This document shows, piece by piece, positions 9,650-17,846 of a stretch of 32,304 bases of DNA. Every line of letters starts with the position of its first letter. Within the stretch, counting starts at the first letter, position 1. The stretch is taken from IMG/VR virus record IMGVR_UViG_3300027793_000039, positions 1 through 32,304 of that record. One strand, 5' to 3'. Under the pieces are notes generated by a model that worked only from the letters and a program-made list of their open reading frames with translations, had not been told where the DNA came from and searched no databases. This DNA comes from a virus (taxonomy: Duplodnaviria; Caudoviricetes). A program made the position numbers and the translations under genes.

Positions 9650-10658
9650 CTATAATAACGGCGGCAATGCCTATGATGGCTTGTCGCTACTCGACAAGGT
9701 AATTATAGACGTATTTACAAATGCGTATGTAACCAACCGAGAGTTGAGCTTATTCAATTTTGTAAGTGGGCAAAAGAGCAAGTTCTATTACAACGACGTG
9801 TCCCTTACCGGCGGGCTTACTGTCTTTTCTGATAATCTGACAGATAATGGAACGTTTAGCAGTGTTCAAAAGCAAGGCGATATGATTGATCTGGCATTCC
9901 CGGTGAAGATATCAAACGACATGCTAAAAGGAACTGTTTACGAAAACCGCTATGCCCCCGGAGTGCCTCAGCGTTTTGAGGATCAGGCCGAACACCTATC
10001 TGCATTATCGCAGCTAATGGCAGGCCGAGTAGGTCGCCAGCTCGATCAGATTGCAATCCTGGGCGACACCACAGTGGCAACACCATGGGGGGTAGGCAAC
10101 TATGCTATGAACGGCCTAGTTAAACTATTCAGCGCAACCGTTGGCAGCGACGTAACCGTAAAACCCACGCCCGCAGTTGGCGGTATCACTGCCGCAAACT
10201 TTGGCGCGGAGCTAGACAAGATGATCGAAGCCGCAGACGCAGACGAAAACCTTCGCTACCTGACTCAGGATCGCGATCCTGCTAAGCGCGGACGTTTTTA
10301 TGTGGCGTTCGACGTGTTCCGCAAAGGCGAAGCTTGGCTGCGTAATAGCGGGCAGTACTTCTTTAGCCCCAGCGAGTCGGTGTATCTAAACGGGCAACCC
10401 GTTATTTACCGCTATGGGCACTACGAAGTTGTGCTTATGGAGCACTTCCCTGCCGGTACGGTGGCATTCACGTCCACGATGAACATTACCTTTGCGTATG
10501 ACCGTGAAGACGACATCCGTACACTGCGAATCCAGAACCTGAACGACGAAACCAACCCGTCGGACATCTTCCAGAACTATACCAAGTTCCTGCTACGGTT
10601 CCGCTTTGGCATGGCTGTCCACCGTCTTAGCGAGGTTGTTTGGTACGACCCTTCTTAA
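9639..10658 (+). CDS. Major capsid protein
   Basis: 339 aa directly after the protease. GRQLDQIAILGD...NGLVK and a C-terminal RFRFG..EVVWY pattern. Confidence 0.8.
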   Translation: MAGSYNNGGNAYDGLSLLDKVIIDVFTNAYVTNRELSLFNFVSGQKSKFYYNDVSLTGGLTVFSDNLTDNGTFSSVQKQGDMIDLAFPVKISNDMLKGTVYENRYAPGVPQRFEDQAEHLSALSQLMAGRVGRQLDQIAILGDTTVATPWGVGNYAMNGLVKLFSATVGSDVTVKPTPAVGGITAANFGAELDKMIEAADADENLRYLTQDRDPAKRGRFYVAFDVFRKGEAWLRNSGQYFFSPSESVYLNGQPVIYRYGHYEVVLMEHFPAGTVAFTSTMNITFAYDREDDIRTLRIQNLNDETNPSDIFQNYTKFLLRFRFGMAVHRLSEVVWYDPS

Positions 10659-10677
10659 CCAATTAAGCACTTAAGTT

Positions 10678-11241
10678 ATGGCATGCAAAGTATGTAACAT
10701 ATCGACTGGGTTTGCCCGAAATTGCGACCTCCGCGTAAGCGGGGGTAGCAAATCGGTTACCTATTTCATCGAATCGGAGAGCGTAACCGCCTATACGTTT
10801 AACGGTACTAACTCCGAAATACTGGACAGCGTAACGCTGGCAGCGGGAAAGAGTTGGTACACGATTGAGGCGTTCGAAAACACGGTTCAGCCAATAAGCG
10901 CGTTTGAGCAAGGGAATAGTTTCACGACCGAAACGATCACCATGACTATTCCGCGCTACAGCGACAACCCTAACCTGCGCATTGCGGCGGCTGAGCATAA
11001 GCGGTTTTTGGATCAAATCAAAAACAGCGATTGTGGCTGGCTAATGGCAGTAGCGGATAGGGCGGGCGTGTACCGGCTTTACGGCTTTACGGCAAGTAGC
11101 CAAAACAGCGATGGCCTGTACGGAGCGTTTAGCGACGACCCGGGGCTGGCAGTAGGGGATCAGGCAGGGACGGCACTAACGTTCACTTCCCAAAGCGCAC
11201 TGAGTCCCGTGCCCCTTGCGGCTAGCTTTGTATTCGCTTAG
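10678..11241 (+). CDS. Major tail (tube) protein
   Basis: MAC..ISTGF.RNC..VSGG start, VADRAGVYRLYG and GLAVGDQAGTALTFT. Follows the MCP and precedes a terminator. Confidence 0.75.
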   Translation: MACKVCNISTGFARNCDLRVSGGSKSVTYFIESESVTAYTFNGTNSEILDSVTLAAGKSWYTIEAFENTVQPISAFEQGNSFTTETITMTIPRYSDNPNLRIAAAEHKRFLDQIKNSDCGWLMAVADRAGVYRLYGFTASSQNSDGLYGAFSDDPGLAVGDQAGTALTFTSQSALSPVPLAASFVFA

Positions 11242-11262
11242 TTAGCCAAGCTAGTTAATAAC

Positions 11263-11291
11263 GACCCCCGGGAAACCCTCGGGGGTTTTTT
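11263..11291 (+). terminator. Intrinsic terminator
   Basis: ACCCCCGGG-aaac-CCTCGGGGGT followed by a T-tract. Confidence 0.9.
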
Positions 11292-11300
11292 GTTTTTGCG

Positions 11301-11308
11301 TATCTTGG
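11301..11308 (+). promoter_or_regulatory. Class II -7 element
   Basis: tttttgcgTATCTTGG-cact-ATG(11313). Confidence 0.65.
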
Positions 11309-11312
11309 CACT

Positions 11313-14147
11313 ATGCTATACGCCACCACCGGGCAAGTGAATATTCTACGCGTGCCGATTAGTAGCGCACCAGAGAGCGAGGGTGTAGCGTGGGCGGTAA
11401 CGCTTAGTCCGCGCAGCGCATACCGTAACCATACGCGCACAGTGGGCACGGATATCACCGACGGGCGGGTATACCGGGAGTTTGAGCTGGAACTTGCACG
11501 CAGTGAAGCCGCTGAAGATATAGGCGGCGGTGTGGCTTGGCTTGTTCCCGGGTGGCAATACGACCTTGTACTCAGAGCTGACGGCGTGGAATATTGGAGA
11601 GATATATTAGTAGTGGTGGCGGCCTCTGAAGAACCGGCCCCCGTGCCCGTTGCTCCAACCCCACAAACTAGCGTAGGCTGTGCCACCCTTGCCTTTACAG
11701 TGGGGGCAGCACCGAGCGGTTACGAAGTGCAATGGAGCGAAGATGGTTTTGCAACCGTAGCGGGAACAGGGGTGGCGTACAGCAGGCTTTTTGGTACAGT
11801 AGGGAATATTACGATATCCATTCGACATATCGACGTGTTCAGCAACGTGAGCGAAGTAGTGCAGACCACCGCCACCGTAACTATGCCCGCAGCCCCAGCG
11901 GCTCCTGCTGCGCAAAGCCGCGTGGGTTGCGGTGCGCTTACCTTCAGCGTGGATACGCCGCCCGCTGGCTTTACGGCCCAGTGGAGCCGGGATAACTTCG
12001 CCACTATAGCCGCAACTGGTGCTACTTATGATAGCCTATATAACACTATCGGCCAGACTAATGTTGCTGTACGCTACATAGATGCCTGCGGAAATTCCAC
12101 GCCTACCTCGAGCACCACGGTTACGATTGCCCTACCATCGGAGCCGACTGGCGGGATACTTCCCCCCGTGGTGCCCCAAGGCGTGGCTAGTACCCTTGCT
12201 TTTAGTGGCAGCATCCCGGCGGGCTTTACGCTGGAATGGAGCCTAGACAACTTCGCCACCGTAGCGGGCACTGGCACTAGCTTTACCAGTATATTCTTGC
12301 TATCCAGCAGCCCCTACACGATAAGCTTGCGCTACGTGGACGCGTGCGGAAACGCCGGGGCAATAGCACAGGTGCCGCTAGAGGTGTTCAACTTTGGTAA
12401 CGCGCTCTTTTTTGATAGCGTAAACGACGTTTGGCACGCCGTACACAACGCTTTTACCGACATTGGCGGCGGAGATTTTGCAATAAACGTATGGCTAAAA
12501 CAGGGCACATCTCTAACCAATGCGCCTATTGTGCACAAGTATGATAACACCACAGGTTCACTAGCTGGGTGGCAATTGGTGACGCATATTGTGGGTGCAA
12601 ATAGCCCACCTAGTAAAATTTTGTCGCTGCAAGACGGAAAAATTCTACTAGGTGGAGCGTTCACTATCTACAATGAGCGTACCTGCGGGCGTATAGCCCT
12701 ACTTAATCCGGATGCCTCTGCAAATAATTCATTTAACACCGAAATCGGGGCAAATAACAACCTGCTAGATTTTGATGTTCAGGGTGACGGCAAGGTTTTG
12801 ATAGCCGGCTCTTTTACCACGTACAACAGTACGGCCCGTAACCGCATTGCCCGCTTGAATGCCGACGGCAGCCTAGATACTACCTTTAACATAGGCACAG
12901 GCTTTGGCTCGCAAGTGGAGTCATTAAAGCTTCAAGCAGATGGGAAGGTAATTGCAGCTGGCGGATTTACCACATACAACAGTACGGCCCGTAACCGCAT
13001 TGCCCGCTTGAATGCCGACGGCAGCCTAGATACTACTTTTAATATAGGCACAGGGGCAAACCTGACTATTAACACCATAGCCATTCAGCCCGATGGCAAG
13101 GTGCTGATCGGTGGATTCTTTACCACATACAACAGTACGGCCCGTAACCGCATTGCCCGCTTGAATGCCGACGGCAGCCTAGATACTACCTTTAACATAG
13201 GCACAGGGGCAAACGGCAGCGTTTTTGATGTGTCGATTCAGACAGATGGGAAGGTTTTGATAGCGGGGGACTTTTCTACATACAACGGCGTAAGCGCGAA
13301 TCGCATTGCCCGCTTGAATGCCGACGGCAGCCTAGATACTACCTTTAACATAGGCACAGGGGCAAACGGCAGCGTTTTTGATGTGTCGATTCAGACAGAT
13401 GGGAAGGTTTTGATAGCCGGCTCTTTTACCACGTACAACGGCGTAAGCGCGAATCGCATTGCCCGCTTGAATGCAAACGGCAGCCTAGATACTACCTTTA
13501 ACATAGGCACAGGGGCAAACGGCAGCGTTATTGATGTGTCGATTCAGACAGATGGGAAGGTTTTGATAGCCGGCTCTTTTACCACGTACAACAGTACGGC
13601 CCGTAACCGCATTGCCCGCTTGAATGCCGACGGCAGCCTAGATACTACTTTTAATGATAACGCGGGTCTAAGCTTTATTTTTGCTGATTCTTCCAACACC
13701 TTTTCTGCCATAAATATAGGTGGCCCGCCGATAACATCTAATCAGTGGAATATGCTAACGATAAGTCGTGCGGCTGGTGTACTAAGTCTGTACGTTAACG
13801 GAGGAAAGCTTCGACCGGATGTGCCGCTAGTTATGTCGATGGCCACTACCCAGCCCCTCTTATTGGGCGGTAACGTTTCCCCTACGCCTATTGCGGTGTT
13901 AAACGGGCAGTTAAATGAGTATACGCACTACAACCGTGGCCTTACGTCAGCAGAAATAACGGAAATGTACAAGTTTGGCCTAGGCATGAAGCCTTGGGGG
14001 AGCCTACTAGCAGGCTTGCGCGTGCGCTACAGCTTTGACGCGCTGGCCTCAACCGCTTATCCTAGCCCAACCATTGCCGACCAAAGCGGCAACGGCAATA
14101 CCCTTACCGGTTTTAATATCGCTTCAAACCCGCTTGTCGCGCATTAA
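11313..14147 (+). CDS. Virion adhesin/fibre: three Ig/FN3-like repeats plus a LamG domain interrupted by a delta-60 repeat beta-propeller
   Basis: Three ~83-aa repeats (LxF...P.G...QWS.D.FAT.A.TG), LamG motifs (ALFFD.VND, FAINVW, QWNMLTI, LYVNG, YNRGLTSAEI) and seven QxDGKVLIAGxF...RLNADGSLDTTF units. Confidence 0.85.
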   Translation: MLYATTGQVNILRVPISSAPESEGVAWAVTLSPRSAYRNHTRTVGTDITDGRVYREFELELARSEAAEDIGGGVAWLVPGWQYDLVLRADGVEYWRDILVVVAASEEPAPVPVAPTPQTSVGCATLAFTVGAAPSGYEVQWSEDGFATVAGTGVAYSRLFGTVGNITISIRHIDVFSNVSEVVQTTATVTMPAAPAAPAAQSRVGCGALTFSVDTPPAGFTAQWSRDNFATIAATGATYDSLYNTIGQTNVAVRYIDACGNSTPTSSTTVTIALPSEPTGGILPPVVPQGVASTLAFSGSIPAGFTLEWSLDNFATVAGTGTSFTSIFLLSSSPYTISLRYVDACGNAGAIAQVPLEVFNFGNALFFDSVNDVWHAVHNAFTDIGGGDFAINVWLKQGTSLTNAPIVHKYDNTTGSLAGWQLVTHIVGANSPPSKILSLQDGKILLGGAFTIYNERTCGRIALLNPDASANNSFNTEIGANNNLLDFDVQGDGKVLIAGSFTTYNSTARNRIARLNADGSLDTTFNIGTGFGSQVESLKLQADGKVIAAGGFTTYNSTARNRIARLNADGSLDTTFNIGTGANLTINTIAIQPDGKVLIGGFFTTYNSTARNRIARLNADGSLDTTFNIGTGANGSVFDVSIQTDGKVLIAGDFSTYNGVSANRIARLNADGSLDTTFNIGTGANGSVFDVSIQTDGKVLIAGSFTTYNGVSANRIARLNANGSLDTTFNIGTGANGSVIDVSIQTDGKVLIAGSFTTYNSTARNRIARLNADGSLDTTFNDNAGLSFIFADSSNTFSAINIGGPPITSNQWNMLTISRAAGVLSLYVNGGKLRPDVPLVMSMATTQPLLLGGNVSPTPIAVLNGQLNEYTHYNRGLTSAEITEMYKFGLGMKPWGSLLAGLRVRYSFDALASTAYPSPTIADQSGNGNTLTGFNIASNPLVAH
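12594..13655 (+). repeat. Seven tandem 153-bp (51-aa) delta-60-type repeats
   Basis: Units start at 12594, 12747, 12900, 13053, 13206, 13359 and 13512. Units 2-7 share near-identical 3' halves at DNA level. Confidence 0.92.
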
Positions 14148-14170
14148 AAAGCAATTTATCCCTTATTAAT

Positions 14171-14422
14171 ATGTACGCTTTTATTCCTCTCGACCGAGCA
14201 ATTGAGTTGCCAAACCATAACGGCTACATTGTGCGTATTCCGCAGTACTTAGCTGGATTTGCCCCCGACCTGCTGGATAGCAACGGACTTGGCATCCCTA
14301 ACGTGCTGGAGCTGGAGGAGCCCGAAATGACCGAAGCCCAGAAAGCGGATGTCATCGAACTGGGCGGGCAGTGGTTTGAAAATGCGGAAACCTACTTGGC
14401 TTATAAGCAACAGTTAGTATAG
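14171..14422 (+). CDS. Small acidic protein, possible fibre partner/chaperone
   Basis: 83 aa directly after the adhesin, with an AT-rich leader. Function is inferred from position only. Confidence 0.65.
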   Translation: MYAFIPLDRAIELPNHNGYIVRIPQYLAGFAPDLLDSNGLGIPNVLELEEPEMTEAQKADVIELGGQWFENAETYLAYKQQLV

Positions 14423-14464
14423 CCCATTATTGAACGGTTGTGGGTTGAAGGCTAGCCTTACTAA

Positions 14465-14519
14465 CGTGCCATCCCATTGTAAATGCGCTACCCGGCTAGA
14501 AGAGGCACGCTGGGTAGCG
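14465..14519. other. Hairpin or possible pseudoknot between convergent operons
   Basis: CGCTACCCGGC(14486-96) pairs with GCTGGGTAGCG(14509-19). CGTGCC(14465-70) is complementary to GGCACG(14504-09). Confidence 0.5.
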
Positions 14520-14537
14520 GACGTTCTTAAAATATGC

Positions 14538-14945
14538 CTAACGCATTAAGCGCAAAAGCAATAGTATGCCAGCCAGCCCCGCTACTATCCACACCCAAAC
14601 AGGCACGTGGAATGGCGGAGCTTGTTTTGTCAAGGTAACCACCCTATCTTTCCCCTCTATATACACCGTATCTGGCAGGCATTCGGCCCGCACGTACAAC
14701 AGGCTATCCCGCTTCACTATGCGTACCCGCACCCGCCCACTATCGATCCGCACCGTATCCCATAAAAGGTGCTCATGGATGAGTGTATCTGTGCGCTGAT
14801 ACGCCACATAGTGGGTATCCACCCGCTGTACGTACTGTGTATCAGCCGCCGCGTTTGGGCACCGCGCCAATACCCGTTGTGCGTGTTTACAGGGGCTACA
14901 CGCCCCGATAAGCAGGGCTAAGCATATACACCCAACCCTATACAT
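14538..14945 (-). CDS. Unimolecular spanin-like lipoprotein
   Basis: Signal and lipobox LALLIGA-C, beta-rich middle and C-terminal TM WVWIVAGLAGILLLL. Overlaps the amidase stop. ATG14945 is preferred as the start. Confidence 0.75.
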   Translation of the reverse strand: MYRVGCICLALLIGACSPCKHAQRVLARCPNAAADTQYVQRVDTHYVAYQRTDTLIHEHLLWDTVRIDSGRVRVRIVKRDSLLYVRAECLPDTVYIEGKDRVVTLTKQAPPFHVPVWVWIVAGLAGILLLLRLMR

Positions 14946-15504
14946 TCGGCGCAAGAAAAGGCCTATAAAACGCGGCTATAGCTGCAACAACCTTTCCTCG
15001 CCAGTTGCGGTACGCGGTCAAGTCTTTTGCGTTCAAAAAGCACACTTCCAGCAGCAAGGCCTGAGGAATTGTATCCCGCAAAATGCCAAGTCGCCCATGC
15101 TGGGTGAGGGTATCAGGCTTGGCCCCTCGGTTAGATATACCCATTGCATCCGCTACTTTTGCGGATAACACCCCGGCACGGGCTATGTTTGCCGGGTTGG
15201 TGGATGCGGCGTAGAAGACTTCAGTTCCGCTAGCTTTTGCCGCGTTGTAATTAAAGTGTATATCCAGCAGGTAGTCCTTTGCCTTTGCAGTCGCGTTCAC
15301 CGCTTGGATTGTTTGCAGCAGGCTATGGCTATCGTTATCGGCCATAACGGTACCATTGTGCCGATGGACGTTTGGGTTGGCTAGCACACGCGCTATGTCA
15401 TCACGCAATACGGCGGTTAGGCTAGCCTCGGTTGTGAGGTCGTAGGCCAGTGCCCCGGGGTCGCGCTGTAGATCGTGCCCGGCAATCAGATACAGGTTGC
15501 TCAT
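14938..15504 (-). CDS. Endolysin, N-acetylmuramoyl-L-alanine amidase (Amidase_3)
   Basis: LIAGH..DPGA, TEA, DIHFN, SGTEV, LGILR and LLEVCFL Zn-binding/catalytic motifs. Confidence 0.93.
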   Translation of the reverse strand: MSNLYLIAGHDLQRDPGALAYDLTTEASLTAVLRDDIARVLANPNVHRHNGTVMADNDSHSLLQTIQAVNATAKAKDYLLDIHFNYNAAKASGTEVFYAASTNPANIARAGVLSAKVADAMGISNRGAKPDTLTQHGRLGILRDTIPQALLLEVCFLNAKDLTAYRNWRGKVVAAIAAFYRPFLAPNV

Positions 15505-15953
15505 ATTTCTTGGTGTTTTTTAAAATCCCAGTTGATTGTTTGTTTTGTGTTCGTGTCTACATTTACGCGCACGTTTTTACCCTCACGTCCGCCCGCTTGG
15601 CGTTTATCTGGCTCTACAATGTTTGTAGCCATTGCCCTGTAAAACGACCGCCAAGCGGCCCGGCCTTTACGATTAAATGCAACGAACCGCTGAAGGCCGG
15701 CAATGCGCCTTGATTTTGGCCCTTTGAAGGTATAGCGGTAGAGTTCGGGGTTAGTAGTGCCGATTATGGACGTTTCTTGCCCGGTTGTCTTTTTAATAAA
15801 GAAGAATTGCACCCAGCCCTGCTGCATAAGCGCACTAATGCGCCGCGCACTTTCTAACTGTACATATGCTTCGTACATGCTGGCGGGCTTTTCAGCCACC
15901 GCTAGCGTTGGATCGTTGCTCAGGTATACAGTGGCGTGAATGACCGGCTCCAT
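15501..15953 (-). CDS. WYL_2/DUF2693-like Sm/SH3-fold protein
   Basis: VQFFFIKKTTGQE...GTTNPEL and AWRSFY match the VxFxFxKxdG..R..GT...WRSF pattern. ATGA-coupled to the amidase. Confidence 0.65.
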   Translation of the reverse strand: MEPVIHATVYLSNDPTLAVAEKPASMYEAYVQLESARRISALMQQGWVQFFFIKKTTGQETSIIGTTNPELYRYTFKGPKSRRIAGLQRFVAFNRKGRAAWRSFYRAMATNIVEPDKRQAGGREGKNVRVNVDTNTKQTINWDFKKHQEI

Positions 15954-15960
15954 TGCTATT

Positions 15961-15989
15961 CAAAATTACTAAAATCTTACGTATTTTGC
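15961..15989. promoter_or_regulatory. Back-to-back divergent -7 elements
   Basis: TAATTTTG on the - strand (15968-15961) and TATTTTGC on the + strand (15982-15989), within a 39-bp gap. Confidence 0.6.
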
Positions 15990-15992
15990 AGA

Positions 15993-16247
15993 ATGAACAG
16001 CGCGGAACTAGTTAGACAACTAATGGAGATGGCGGGGGTAAATGATAGGGAGTTAGCTAAACGCCTTAAACTGCTTACGCTAAACCCGATCCACGAGATG
16101 CTAGACCCCTCTAGGCCTACCGACTTGGCCGATATATCACGGGTAGCAGAGGCCTGCAATCTGGAAGTGCGCCTAGAAGTGGTAAGCAAGGGAGCCCCGG
16201 AGCCTGCTAAGCGCGGACGCAAGCCTAAAGAGCAGGGCAATGCCTAG
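15993..16247 (+). CDS. XRE-family HTH regulator with a basic AT-hook-like tail
   Basis: VRQLMEMAGVNDRELAKRL...LADISRVAEACNLEVRL and C-terminal KRGRKPK. ATG15993 is preferred as the start. Confidence 0.75.
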   Translation: MNSAELVRQLMEMAGVNDRELAKRLKLLTLNPIHEMLDPSRPTDLADISRVAEACNLEVRLEVVSKGAPEPAKRGRKPKEQGNA

Positions 16248-17835
16248 CTTCAGGCCTACCCAGCGCACGGGCCTACGCATTGCGCAGGAGCCCTTGGACT
16301 GTGTGCGCTTTGGGCCTGGGGGGGTTCGGGCTATTTGGGTAAGCGAGCGGGATCGTTTTGGCCGCTGGCTCACTCAGGTGAACGCCATTACCCTGCAACG
16401 GCAACGGGTTATCGGCCACACCGGCCAACAAAATGTTTGGTTTAGCGATGTGCGGGTAAACCGGAACTTAGCCACTCTGACTGAAACGAGTGAGACCACC
16501 CCCAGCACCCGCTACGCGATTACCCTTACGTTCAAAATGCAAGGCTGGAATATTGATAGCCGCAATAAGGCTGAACAGTTTTACCGCTCTAAACAGGCCA
16601 TATTTATTGTGGCGGACTTTGCCGGTCGCTATTGGCTAGTAGGTGAAGAGGGCGGGTGCAAGGTAACCACGGCTGCGGCTACTGAGGCGAAGGATGGTGA
16701 AAGTGGAATAGTGCTAACGGCAACCTGCACACAGCGATACCCCCTTAGGCAGGTAGTAAGTAGCTACATAGAGCAGTACGTAACCACCCCTGTAGGCTGC
16801 CTATGCGATTTAGACTTCAGCGAATTTTGCGCCTTAACATATGAGCAGTTCTGCGGCCTAAGCACCACCTGCTATATACCTAGGGCAAGCGCACCGACTG
16901 GCTTGGAGGCACAGCAGCGGGTAGAGGATGGCGATTTGACTTGGACGGTGGATACGCCGCCTGCTGGAATCGAAATCCAGTGGGCACTGGATCCCGCGTT
17001 TGCCACTATAGTAGCCACAGGCACTAGCTACACCCGCTTCACAACAAAAACTGAAAGCCCAATAACCGTGTACGTGCGGGCGTACGATCCAATCTTTGAG
17101 TCATTTAGCCTGACCGTAACCGCCCAAGGGCTTGTGAGCGCATTTAGTTTTGGCAATGCGATTGCACTTGACGGGGTAAATGATTATTTAGTGGCCAATC
17201 CGGCTATGCCATCGATTGGAATAAATGACTTTAGCTTTATCTGGTGGATGAAGGTATCTTCGCTTGCCAGCCTAAATGGCAAAGATATATTTGCCCGGGG
17301 ACAACTTGGATCGAGTGGTTATGAAGGAAGGTTTGGTCCAAATTCTTTAGTTTGGGTGCACTTAGCGGCGTCACAAATTACCACTTTATTTATCCCGTTA
17401 ATAACATTGCCAATAGGGCAATGGGCAATGATGGCTATAACGTGTGAACGATCTGGATTAGTAAGGGGGTATATAAATGGCATTCAGGTTGCATCTGTTG
17501 CAAACTTAACGACTGCCAGTATAACAGATGCTGCTTTTGGCGGTGGAATGTATATTGGGGCTAGAAATCCTGGGCTGGGAGGTCTTAGCCTATATTTTCC
17601 GGGTCGCATAGATGAGGTTCAGTTGTATTATAGATTGGTATCCGGGACAGAGATTTTAGCATTATATAATGCTGGACAGGGGTTGTCTCCCGAAAATACA
17701 ACTGGCCTAGTAGCCCGCTATTCATTCGACACACGCACCGGCGTTCTGCCTACTATTAACGTACCCGACCTAAGTGGCAACGGGAATAACATAACTGGAT
17801 TTAACTTTGCAACCGAACCGCTACAACCGCACTAA
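16240..17835 (+). CDS. Tail-tube paralogue fused to a Cys-rich linker, an Ig-like repeat and a LamG domain
   Basis: N-terminal DC..GPGGVRAIW...IVADFAGRYWLVG...GIVLTAT parallels the 10678 tube protein. The C-terminal region is paralogous to the 11313 adhesin. Confidence 0.7.
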   Translation: MPSFRPTQRTGLRIAQEPLDCVRFGPGGVRAIWVSERDRFGRWLTQVNAITLQRQRVIGHTGQQNVWFSDVRVNRNLATLTETSETTPSTRYAITLTFKMQGWNIDSRNKAEQFYRSKQAIFIVADFAGRYWLVGEEGGCKVTTAAATEAKDGESGIVLTATCTQRYPLRQVVSSYIEQYVTTPVGCLCDLDFSEFCALTYEQFCGLSTTCYIPRASAPTGLEAQQRVEDGDLTWTVDTPPAGIEIQWALDPAFATIVATGTSYTRFTTKTESPITVYVRAYDPIFESFSLTVTAQGLVSAFSFGNAIALDGVNDYLVANPAMPSIGINDFSFIWWMKVSSLASLNGKDIFARGQLGSSGYEGRFGPNSLVWVHLAASQITTLFIPLITLPIGQWAMMAITCERSGLVRGYINGIQVASVANLTTASITDAAFGGGMYIGARNPGLGGLSLYFPGRIDEVQLYYRLVSGTEILALYNAGQGLSPENTTGLVARYSFDTRTGVLPTINVPDLSGNGNNITGFNFATEPLQPH

Positions 17836-17846
17836 ACCAAACACAC

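Noticed and set aside
11241-11313. Read-through or frameshift extension of the tube protein into the Ig-containing gene
   Set aside because: An in-frame TAA (11257-59), a strong terminator and a separate promoter lie between the two genes.
12594-13655. Diversity-generating retroelement or CRISPR array
   Set aside because: The repeats are tandem, in-frame and coding. Differences are not adenine-specific, and no reverse transcriptase or cas gene is present.
14423-14537. Known self-cleaving ribozyme (HDV/theta, twister, hammerhead) or tRNA
   Set aside because: I could not place the conserved catalytic motifs or a cloverleaf on either strand.
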